This document shows positions 53,006 to 64,000 of a stretch of 64,000 bases of DNA, one piece after another. Below the pieces are notes generated by a model that saw only the letters and a program-made list of their open reading frames with translations, was not told where the DNA came from and made no database searches. Numbering within the stretch: position 1 is the first letter of the stretch; each line of letters starts with the position of its first letter. Source of the DNA: Phoronis australis (taxonomy: Eukaryota > Animalia > Phoronida); contig NMRA01000835.1 in NCBI GenBank assembly GCA_002633005.1, positions 1 through 64,000 of the forward strand, in the 5' to 3' direction. Made by a program: the position numbers and the translations under genes.

Positions 53006-53676
53006 AGGGATGTGACGGACGAATTTAAAAAAAATAAACAGCTTATTATTTAAAATGACTTATTCTTATTAAAATGACATAGGCACAAAATTGAATTTCG
53101 GACCTCAAAAGCCTCCCACCTATATTAATATAGGAGCCCCGCTCTGCGGCCTCCTTTCGGCGGGACCCTCCTATATTAATATAGGTGGCCTCGCTTTTGA
53201 GGTCCGAAATTCAATTTTTTGCCTATGTCATTTTAATAATAAGTCATTTTAAATAATAAGCTGTTAATAACGTTAATTTTCTGTGAGTTGCATTAAGCTA
53301 CAATTTTTTGTTTTATATGATGATTTTGTGGAATGTTTACAAAGCACAACACACTATTTTGATGATATCTTCTAAGAATTTTTTGTGAGACAGCTCGATA
53401 TCAGTTGAGTTAGTGTGACGTGACGGGTGTACGCTCTGAATTTATAGTATTAAATTGTTTGTTGTGACTAAGATATCAATTCAGAATGATTCAAACTTTT
53501 GCAGTATATATTGGTCTTTTCCTACTAATTCGATGTTTTTTAATTAAAATGTACCGATTGACCTTTTGCACGAAATCATCATAGATAGCCCTATGCTAGA
53601 AATATACTCTAGGATTTTAACTTTTCAATACATTTGATTAAAGATATAAAACAACCCCTAAATTGTTCACTTCCCT
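53006..53676. mobile_element. 671-bp non-autonomous TTAA-flanked (Kolobok-like) element with internal hairpin
   Basis: TTAA|AGGGATGTGA ... TCACTTCCCT|TTAA (10-bp TIR, 1 mismatch). Confidence 0.6.
53037..53265. repeat. Long inverted repeat (~100-bp arms, ~31-nt GC-rich loop)
   Basis: AACAGCTTATTATTTAAAATGAC...CCTATATTAATATAGGAG mirrored by CTCCTATATTAATATAGG...GTCATTTTAAATAATAAGCTGTT. Confidence 0.93.
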
Positions 53677-55459
53677 TTAAAGATTGTAAGCAGTATAGAT
53701 AGGAATGAGAGTGATAATTATTTTGTATCTGACAGCTGTAAGTTATCAGGAAAACTTGTTTTATGCGTTAAATAGAATACTAATTCAAAACTAATAAGTA
53801 AATGTGACTGTCAAAATATAAATGTGAAATAAAGTTTGTAAAAAACATTACTAATTACTGTCATAAAAACGCATTTTAATTAATTTTTTTAAATTAGAAT
53901 TCGCCCTAAGTTTGTACAAAATTATTCTCTGGGACACACCGTTGATGGTTTTGATGTATGCCCATGTAAGTAATAATAATGATGTTTTAAAAGTTATTAG
54001 TAACAGGGCTTCAGTATCTTCTTAAAACAAAGTGTGAAGCATGGTTTAGTAAGCAGCATCAACTTTTGGCATTTTTTAATTAATTGTATTTAGGATTATC
54101 CTTTAGGAATATATAGAACTAACTTAATAGATGTTGGTTTCTATTTAGTGATTAGCATGACTAGGTTTTCAACCACCTCTAGTCTTTAACTCATGCCTTC
54201 TTTTCATATTTAAAGAGAGGCTGATTTAAATAATGTCACATCACAGTACGCGCAAGTACAATGAATTTCTTGATCCACGATAGCATTTTTTTCCAGTTTA
54301 GGAAAATATTCCGGCAGATATCTATTTTTCTCCCAGTTGCATCTGTTCTTCCTGTGGTCTCTAACAATTTCCTCTATTATTTCTAAACGCCGATTTAATC
54401 TTTTCAGAGCTCAGCAGAAAAAAATAGTCGAATTCTTAAAAAGAAACTTTAGGTCTCTTGTTATTTATACTCTAAAGCACCTTAGGAATTCTTTTGTATG
54501 AATATTTTTGCATCGTGAATTTCCCAAAACCTAAGCATTTCTCTATACACACGGGGTACCAACAGAAAAACAATAAGTTCAATAAATTAACATTTTGTTT
54601 TATTTACATTTTTAATGGTCCAAGTGTCTGATTTTAATATGTTGAATTCTATTAAGAATAACTAGATGACATTGTGAAGTATAACTTTTCTGCAAATACT
54701 TTTGAAACTGAAAAAGGCCAATGCATTTAGTTTAAGTCTATAGCAACTTCTTCACTTAATTTTTAAGCTACATTTGTAATATCTTATCCTAGTGTTCTTA
54801 GGTTTGAGATACATTTTATCTTTTGCAAGTTTGGAAACTAAAAATATGGCCTAAGGTTATTTTTATTGGCTGAAAAATTGTATTTTCATGGGTGTGACGG
54901 ACGTACGTGACGAACATACAAATTTGCTGTACGTCTGTCACGCAATTTCTGACTTAACGAATAATCCCTTGAATCTAAAATTTTGGTCAGTAGTATTAAG
55001 TAACAAGTTAAAAGAGAATCTGAAATTATTTGGATTTTTATTGAAAACTTTTAACGTGACTAAACTTTTTAACAGTTTTTAAGACGGACGTACGGCGCCA
55101 TGATATTCAAAAGTTGACCTTTCAACCCAAGAGGTCGATGACGTGAGAAAGTTGAACTGTCAGTTTCTTATAAAGTGTGGAGATCATGTGATTGTACAAA
55201 TTTGGTAGTAAAGTGAAATACCCATAATTAGCTTTTTATGACAATACTTAGCAACACACATGAAAATCGAGCTAACTTTTTAGGGTCAAGAGACCCCCAA
55301 AATGCGTTCATTTAGGCAAAAAATGAAAGTTATTAGACAGTCAAATATGGGTCCTGAAACCAGAGAGCGTGGGCTTTTAGGTGAGACTAGAAATGTTAGT
55401 GTAGCCAGGATTTTAATTTTTTGTCTCGAGGTTGACTTTTTCACGGAATTGCCAACATA

Positions 55460-55463
<4 letters not shown>

Positions 55464-55507
<44 letters not shown>

Positions 55508-55582
55508 CGCACACACACACATACACGTGTGTGTGTGTGTGAATGTATGTATGTATGAAGTATGAATATTGGTGTGTGTGTA

Positions 55583-55616
<34 letters not shown>

Positions 55617-55617
55617 N

Positions 55618-55661
<44 letters not shown>

Positions 55662-55665
55662 ACAC
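55464..55665. repeat. (CA)n followed by (TG)n microsatellites, with a single-N join at 55617
   Basis: Direct inspection. Confidence 0.9.
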
Positions 55666-55914
55666 ATCAATATTCATACTTCACACATGCATTCATGCAT
55701 GAATTCATACAAATACTGGCTTATTTTACTTGATTTTGCACGCTCGAGTTTTCCAAGTGGAATCGTTTTTTGTATTTTTTATTTATTGTTAGTTACCCCT
55801 AGAAGAACGCCCTCCTTAATCCTGATTTAGTGCAAAGAGCTTCTTCAGTCATCCGTCCGAAAAGCGTCAGAAGAATGATATTTTTCCTCATGCATATGGT
55901 TTGTCTACCAATAG

Positions 55915-58900
55915 GATTCACGGTTTCTGCGTAAGAACTTCCACCTCAGAATTATATGAATTGATGGACGACGGCTTGGCCGATGTTGGATTAACAGGCG
56001 TCACAGCCCGTGAAGTGGTCGACTTGATAGACGGACACAAGGGGGCAGGTTACCAAGTAGCGACCGAGGAAGAACTTGGTATGTAGTCTTGTGGAAGGGG
56101 GCCAGCTTGTCACAAACCCACAGTCGTAGGAAGCGTAAGATCCTCTCTACCACCAGTAATGTTCAAGTCAGGGGTGAAACCTTGATGACGACTTGGATTT
56201 TTTTGAAGTTTGTGACGATCAATCCCGAAAATGGTTGTGAGTGGAGGGCATTTTTGTGTTCTGTCCTGGAACCCAGCAATGAATTTCTCCATGCATAGGC
56301 GTACGAAGCGGGGTGGGTGGGTGCAGCACCCGATTCCAATGGCAACGTTTAAATCCGACTGAGGTATGGAACCAGTAGCCTTTACTCTTGCGTATATGGA
56401 AATGGTGCACTTGCTCACGAAGAGATTGGCAGACATATAAAAAATACAATTGACCAGATAGCATAGAATCAGTTCAACATTTTATTGGAATACAAGCTCG
56501 TAGCCTCATAGTCGTAATCTTTGAATTTTTATGCGCCCATATATGTCTGCACGTGCATGCTTGCTTGCTTGAGTGAGTGTATGGGAACATTACATACGGC
56601 CATGTCCGTCCGTCCGTCTGGCGTCTACTGATATATCTCCAAAAATTCTAACTGAACATGCATGACATTTTTTGCCTATGAATTTGATGGGTTTTCATGA
56701 AATTTGACAGTGCCATCTGTTAAGGAGACACCACCTTCTCGTTTTTGGTTGGATTTGACGTATTCTGCACCACATGACGGCCAATTCTACTGCTTTAGAA
56801 TCTGTTTTCTAGCATCCACTATGCGGATCGTCACGAAAATTAGCACGTGTTCCTATTGGAAAAATACTTCTTACCAACGTTATTTTCAGATGTTTCCGAC
56901 TGCAGTGGCGACACCTAGTGGCAATTTAATCGCGGTTGTATCTTCTAAGCCCGCGCAGGATCTTCGTTAAATTTGGCAAATAAAAAACGGATGACTACTT
57001 CTTTCTGACGGATTCCGAAGACGGTTGTGCACCCTAGTGGCATTTTTTTTTTCGTTTTCTTCAGTATCTTTGGAGCTCCCTCACGGATTTTCATGGAATT
57101 TATCAGATAGGCTTCTAGTGAAAAGACGATGACATCTTCTCGTTTTGCTGTGGAATTCGTTGATAATTTACGCCACCTAGATGTCATTTTTATATTATTT
57201 TCGTGTCTGTTTTTGGCGTCCGCCTCTCCATCGATAAAAGCGCTCTAACAATAATCGTGAAAATTACTATACGTGTTCCTACTGGGAAGAGCACGACTGA
57301 CCATGATTTTCGGACAAGTGTGACAAATTTGCTTTTTTGCTTGTTGCTCAGTATCTGCCGTATTTGATTTAGGAGGGGACAATTGGTGTGGATTTTGAGT
57401 GCCCTAGTGGCAATTTTTGCTTTTTGTCGTTGTCGTTGTCTTGATACTTGTCAATCTCGTTCATGGACGTTTACGAAATTTGGCAAATAAGTTAGTTCTT
57501 TCACGCAGGCGAAAGCGCAGACCTGTCTCAAACGACTTTTCTTATGTTACGCCTATAGTGTTTTTGTGTCTGTCTTTGTCGTCCGCCTTCCTATCCTCCA
57601 ACCTCCTTGGAGAAAGGAGAATGGTGTGTTCCTTTTGACGGAAAAATTGCTGACTAGCTTTGCACACCCTAGAGGCTACTTAAAATTTGCTAGCATTGCT
57701 CCGTTCACTGAGAACGTTTGAAATATTTGTAATTCCTTGTTCTTGCGCAGCATGCGATACTAACGGTGGACACAAATTAACATTCGCTGTTGCTCTGGCT
57801 ATCCTACGAAACCTAATACATTATTTGTGATGAGCCCATGGGTTTGTATGCGAGATTTTGGATAGGAGCACATTGATACTTACTATTTTTATCCGCTCAC
57901 ATATTTATGTGCGGGTGCATATTGCCGTCATATCTGTTGGGGTGTCCTGCATCCGCTCTGCTGTTTACTGGCAACTTTTAAAATTAAAATTTTTTACGTT
58001 TGTGTTTCTTGGTGGATTTTTATTATTTTTTCAAATAGGTTTTTATTGAGGAAACAAAAACGCTTTCCAATTTTGGACGGGTATGACGTATTCTGTGCCA
58101 AATGGTGGGCATTTAAACAAATTTTGGGGACCCTTTGTCGTCCGCCTCGTTATTCGCAAAACCGGTTAAAGGATGAACATGAAAATTGGCAGATAATGTT
58201 CTTGATGGGAAGAGCGCGGCTCACTTTATTACTTTGGCACCCCCTAATGGCAATTTCTCAGATGTGTTCTCATGCAAATGGCAATGGACGACAATGAGTT
58301 TCAGCCCAGTCTGACTACATATGCGGCCCCTAGTGGCTGTTTTAATTTATATTTTTTCTCTGCATTTTGGAGTTCATAATTGGATTTTCATGAAATTTGG
58401 CAAATAGGAATCTATTAGGTAGACAACGCCTTTTTATTTTCGAACGGATTTGACGTATTCCGCGACAGCAATTGGCTGTTTTTAGTATCTCAAGTGCCTT
58501 TTTGGTACATCTTTATCTACCATAATGCTTAAGGATCTTTCTTAAACTTGCCAGTTGTGTTTCTGATGAGAAGACGATATCTGGCGTTGATTTTTAGACG
58601 GGTCTGACAACTTAAGCTTCCCTTAGTGGTGAATTTACTTTTTTCTTTTTTCTGCAACCATGGCTGTTAAGCTCCTCAGTGAGCTTTGTGAACCTTTGCA
58701 GGTATTCCCCACGAGTGCCTGCGACTGTTTTGGACGGCTCTGACTACTGCTGTGCTCCCTAGAGACATTTTTTTTCGTTTTTGCGTTTTCCTCTGTATTT
58801 TTAGAGTTTCTTGGCGGATTTTTATGAAATTTGGTCAGATGACGTCACTTTTCCAATGTCGAAGGAGTTGGCTTATTTTGCGCCATCTATTGGCCATTTT

Positions 58901-61264
58901 ATGATACCAAATAACACCCCTAAAAGCACATTGTGGGCGGTGTAGCATAGGTGAATTTCAAGTCTCCGTTGTTGTTTTTACATTAGTGATTCCGATACAT
59001 GCTGTGTGTGTTCCGTGAACAACAGACATTGGAACTTTTTTGCTAAATTAATTGAAAAATAATAATATTCAAGACATAGAGGTAAATGAACACCTGTTCT
59101 ATAGTTGTCAGCATTCGAGAATGAAAAATCGAGATTCCAAAGCAGGACTTCCGGATACAAAGCGTGCCATCTCGTTGTACACCAAAACGCAAGTAATGTT
59201 CCCCGCAACACAAAAAATTGCCAGACAGCGTCTTTTTGTCGAACGGTAGACGTTACACCAAAAGTGCCCGACGGCGTTTTTTGTTTTTTATTTGAATCGA
59301 ATAGGAAATTGCGGTGCTTCAAAATCCCATGAAAAACTTGCGCAAAACAACATTTCTCGCAAAAACCTGGGTCTATTGAACGTCACCTAGATGTCTCATC
59401 CAATGTTCTCGGATTCACCGGTGGAGAGTGTTTTACACATTGCTGTAGATGCACGCATTAGGCCGTATCTGGGATAGATTTTTCGTTACTTTTGTTTGGG
59501 CCTATTGTGTTTTTTCCAACCCAAACATTACTCCACCAAGACATAACAAAGCCAATGTTAGGCAACGTCAAGGACTAGATCATTTACTACGAAAAGCCAA
59601 CACTAGCCGACTAGAGCGACATCTTTCATGAAACTGGGACTTAATTTACTTTTAGATTTCTATGCAAAAGTTGCCAGTGAGACAGGTATTGTGCTAGATT
59701 CGACCTACACTGGCAAGACCGTGATAGCCATGTTTAATGAGATGGAGAACAACCCTGAGAGGTTCAAAGGGAAACGGGTCCTTTTTATGCATACAGGTAA
59801 GTCTGATTTCCCCTGACACAGTGTGTTGTTATAGAATTTAACCGCGTTGTTAATGAACGCAAAAATATTTCTTTTATTTCAGAGTTTAATAATTTTGATC
59901 GTATATTATGTGAGGTGGCCACAGTAAAGTTTCTATTGAAGTTGCATTTCGCTGTGTTTAATATGCTTAAAACGAGATAAGTCTTACTAATAAAATCAGT
60001 CAGAAAACAATTCTTGCCATGGTAGAATTCTATTTTCATCACCAACAAGAACATCCAAAACACCTGCGACTCAAGAAAACGCTTCAGAGTTTATTGGGGT
60101 CAGTAATCCTAAAATTGTGGATTTGAAAATGGTGTATGTGCGCATTGCTGGCTCATTCGACAACAGTTGGAAATTGGACGAGGGTGGAAGTGTTACAAAA
60201 CTGTGAGGCGCTTCGTTTAAGAATACCTTAACTATCATTCAACAATAGCATCAAAAGGTCGACTCAGATCTTGAAAAACATGTGTGTACATACATTCTGG
60301 TGAGATATGTTCAAAGCATGCATTTCAATATTTTGGACCATTACTTCTTAAGTTAGAGTATCATGAATAGTTTGGCCAAAAATAGCCCATTTTTGGTTCA
60401 AAAGGTTAAATTAGTGAAGTTGTTTCAAAACGGCTTAAAAGAACAGTAAATAAAAATGTTCATGTAGACATTGAACCTCTCTATCAGAAGGCAGTCTTTG
60501 AATTTTCAATAGGGTTTCCGTTAGCCTTCACTGGACTGTCAAAATTCGGTAAATTTTGCCCAACTTTGTGTGTTTGATTTTTAGCCATTTTTGGGGGTGC
60601 TGTGAGGGCCAGTTTGTGGGATGCTGGTGATTTCCAATGATATTTTACATCAATTTGTTCTCTAAGAAAATAAAATCATAAAAATGGGATTTTTGTTGTT
60701 TTCAAGCAACAAGCGATAGAAAAGACATACCATCGCGTATTTTACATTTTCTGACTACGGGCAGTATACAACTGTATCTCATAAACCTTATAAAGAGGCT
60801 GCATTAATTATTGCAGATATGTTTCTATGGTGATCAAATCAGTTGACGTCAATTTTTAGATAATTCGACTACTTCTGGCCCTCTAGATTTCTTTCGTGAA
60901 ATTTCGTGAAATTTTGTCAAAACATTTTCATCGAGGAAACGATGACACGTGCATGTTTGAGAACGACGTTTCAACATTAATTTAACATTGCTTTACGATA
61001 TTTTGTTTTCTGTCCACTATTGTACCTGAGGATGACTCTTAATTAATATCGAAACGTCGTGCACATGCTCCATTCTATCCTCGTTGTTTTCCACCCATTC
61101 GTGAAAGGCAGCTTTGACATTTTACCATTTCTGTTTCCCTTGCAGGAGGTACATTTTCCCTTCAAAACGGGTGTATGGATGGCGTGTTAAAGAAAAAGGG
61201 TTCATCGGGAAACAAGTGCTACATGTGGGAAGACATAGAAAGCAGTTGCCTCATGAGCAATTGA
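55915..61264 (+). CDS. D-cysteine desulfhydrase / ACC deaminase-family PLP enzyme, last three exons only (5'-partial)
   Basis: Exons 55915-56078, 59656-59796, 61146-61264 splice in frame: IHGFCV...VVDLIDGHKGAGYQVATEEEL|DFYAKVASETGIVLDSTYTGKT...RVLFMHT|GGTFSL...MSN*; the G.GY, GI.LD..YTGK and LF.HTGG motifs are typical of this family. Confidence 0.85.
56590..58900. repeat. Degenerate internally repetitive non-autonomous element in an intron
   Basis: Recurring blocks GGATTTTCATGAAATTTGG, GGATTTGACGTATTC, GTGTTCCTA.TGG, CCCTAGTGGC; starts with a CCGTCCGTCCGTC microrepeat. Confidence 0.6.
61021..61063 (+). ncRNA. Minimal type I hammerhead ribozyme-like motif (Penelope-like element remnant)
   Basis: UGUAC-CUGAGGA-[weak stem II]-GAAA-CG-UC-GUGCA; helix I UGUAC/GUGCA, palindromic ACGU helix III, GUC cleavage triplet. 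Confidence 0.5.
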
Positions 61265-63414
61265 ATTGAGAGAACAAGAATCAGTTGTTGGCATGGAATA
61301 ACTTGAGTAAAACATTTGCATGTTCGTGGGCTATTAAAATATGAGTAGAGGAGACTTAGCGAAGTCTTTTGGTGAAAAAATCTTAACATGTGAGTTTACA
61401 AAAAATAAATATAATAACAAAATAGAACTGGACATTCCCGAAAATTGATACGAATGATCGATAAAATGGCAGGAAACGGAGTCCTGGCGTGACGCAAAAG
61501 TTCATGTCTCCAGCTCAGTCACTGCACTGCAATGCAACATTGTTACAGGTATTTGTTCCGCCGATGCTGCACTCTAAGGCATCCTTGGTGATCCTCATGG
61601 CTAACTTGTCAACCATTAGCTATCGCCAGAAGTAGTGACACCTGTTGAGAAAAAATAGATGCTTCCTTATTTGAAGTACTTTAATCCTTTATTAATGCAA
61701 TTCAGTTAAATTCAATCATAATACCAGAGCAATTTACTCAGCCACATGGTAAATATTGTCCTTGACAGACATGTTTTTACAGCCAATGTTACAATTTTTG
61801 TGATCAGGTAACCTGGGAGATAATTGCAGTTTTGGCAGTGCATTTCAATTGCTCACATATAACTGTTTCCGTAAATATTGTTTAGTTTACTTTATTTTAT
61901 CAATAAGATCCATGACAGGGCGATGATGCCTACGACATCCACATGTGATACATCGCCTACAATAATACAAAATCGGTCTCACGCTCCCACGCCACAGTTA
62001 CAGTAAAGGTTATGCTGCATAATTATTAGCGCGTCACAGCCTAGAAATAATTTTAAAATTTATCTCAGTAACTAGAAGTTATTGGTGTATTCCCAGATAC
62101 TTTGCACATGTACTTTTTCTAAGGTGAGTTTCAATTATTTTTCAGAAATAGTTATGCCGAGCCTAAGATCAAACATTTGACTTCAGATTTAAATCACCTT
62201 TCATGAAACAGACACCCGGACTCACTTGAAGGTCAATCGGAATATATTTGAGCGGCATTCTAGGTATTCCGACAGCATTGGAAATGCATATGATCCATTT
62301 TAAAATCTAAGTAGATTCCATCAGCAATCAGAATACATTCGATGCGTATTCCTGTTCATTCGAGGTAGATTGGGGACATTGTGGCCGGATAGGGAGTGAC
62401 TTGTCGACTCCTTTTCCCTTGAACGCCACCAAAATGTCTTTTTTCCTGTTATAATGCAGTTAGAATGTTAAAAAATGCAGTCATAATAAGGCACGCATGT
62501 TTTCAACATGAAAATAATTCATGACGGCCACAAGGATGGAACCGACTGTACGTAGAATGCGGAGAAAGTCTTAAAACAGACTTCAGATATCCCGGAGTAT
62601 GCGAAGAATTCTGATTCCGACGGCATTCCGGCTGACTGTAACTCTTCTGTGAATAAGGTTCAGAATAAGTAACCTGCTTGCGTTTAAAAACTCGCCCTTA
62701 TTGTTTGGGTTTCAAAACTCAACCATATCGTTTTCGTACGAACGAGCTCAAGCACAACTCTGAAGTAGCGTCACTTACTGCTTTTCCCGCGAAAGTTCAA
62801 CGAGCCCTTGTAGGCCTACATTGCAATGTGAAGCCACTGTGAGCCCACCTTCCGTTAAGGAAGTGCGTAACATTACTCACTGCAGCTATAAAACAGTTTC
62901 AACTTGTTCCTTACCTTGACAGGCTTGCAAAAAACTGACACCTTGATTATTCCTTGAGATCATGCTGGCCACATAAAATGACACGCCGTGACAAGCCAAC
63001 TTGTAACGCCTGTGGTCTCGAGCAATAAGGACTGCCAATGCTTTGGAAGTCTGAAAACATATCTTATTTGTCTACAATGTGAGATCAATTTCTTAATGGC
63101 AAAGGGGTCTAAATCAAAAGTAGTCTAGGTTTTGGCAGTGGCAGAAAGGGCATATATAAATATAAAACGTTCTTCTCTGCGTACACGGTATGAGTATGAC
63201 AGCAAGCTAAAATCCTAGAAAATTCTGTAATTTCGTAGAAAGTCCTCCATCGTAAACTCAAAGTTAGCGTTTTAAAATACTCGGAAAGAAGACAGCTTTG
63301 AAAAATATTCAGAACTGCCTTAGATGGACACATAAAATCGGTCAAAATATTATTTAAAAGCGTTTCGAAATTCGCGCCAGTTTCAGTTATAGAAAAAAAA
63401 TTTTCATGAGGCTG

Positions 63415-63850
63415 CATAGGCGGATTTATGGGGGGCAGGGGGCCCGCCCCCCTTGGATGCCGCAAAAAAATAAAACAGCAAGAGCGTAAGGAAATGTTGA
63501 GTTTATTAATTAACCCCGGTAATTAAAAACATACGGCTGAAACAAGATTTAAATGTGTGCAGTTTTAATGTGGGGGGGGGGGAGGCTCAGATCCAATTTC
63601 AAGTGTCAAATTCGGAACACGACGCAATCGTAACGGAACTATGGCTAAGTATGGGCTCTCTCCCGCGATATCTCAGGCGACAGGCTTTGGAGCTAGGCAC
63701 TGCGACTCCGTTTCCGTCGTCTGCTCCACTGTGCAATGAAGAAAATTATAAATTCATTTTGAAACTGGAATCTGAGTGATGGTGAAAAAACAGAAGCTGC
63801 TGGTAAGATGTCAATTTTAATATAAGCTTTAGTGAATCACTCAGAAACTC
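63415..63850. mobile_element. ~1-kb MITE family, copy 3 (left part only)
   Basis: Starts CATAGGCGGATTTA and follows 2338-2775 until GTGAATCACTCAGAAACTC, then diverges. Confidence 0.82.
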
Positions 63851-64000
63851 ATGATTTGCAGCGCAAACGAACTACGCATTGCGCATGTGCGAGTTACTTC
63901 CTGCGCGAAGGCTCATGGGATAGCTTGTGGTCGGGCATGTCTTGAGCAGGCTGGATAGTGTGTGCATTTGGAGTGATTTGCAAACTAAAAACCATGTTTC

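Noticed and set aside
56110-56436. 108-aa - strand ORF in the enzyme-gene intron
   Set aside because: No recognisable motif in any frame; cannot support it as a gene or retroelement fragment

Overview
Animal (invertebrate, bilaterian-type) genomic scaffold, AT-rich, with spliceosomal introns and several N gaps. Host genes: (1) an uninterrupted 399-aa type I membrane protein ORF (TSP1 + F-type-lectin-like + kringle + TM) at 10632-11831 (-); (2) a complete 4-exon retinal homeobox gene Rx/Rax at 14554-32589 (-); (3) the last three exons of a PLP-dependent D-cysteine desulfhydrase/ACC deaminase-family gene at 55915-61264 (+), whose 5' exons I could not find. The main accessory feature is a 9.8-kb, apparently intact Kolobok-type DNA transposon (43022-52820; 15-bp perfect TIRs, TTAA target duplication) about 10 kb upstream of Rx. 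It carries two convergent spliced genes: an 11-exon 773-aa THAP/DDE transposase and a 2-exon 223-aa KolX protein resembling the P2X7 cytoplasmic 'ballast' domain. Other features: a 1-kb MITE family with 5-bp TSDs and an internal tRNA-like segment, a second TTAA-flanked element containing a 230-bp hairpin, a 25-bp minisatellite, a co-oriented array of CTCF-like motifs, and a minimal hammerhead-ribozyme-like motif. All gene models were spliced by eye; no database searches were run.
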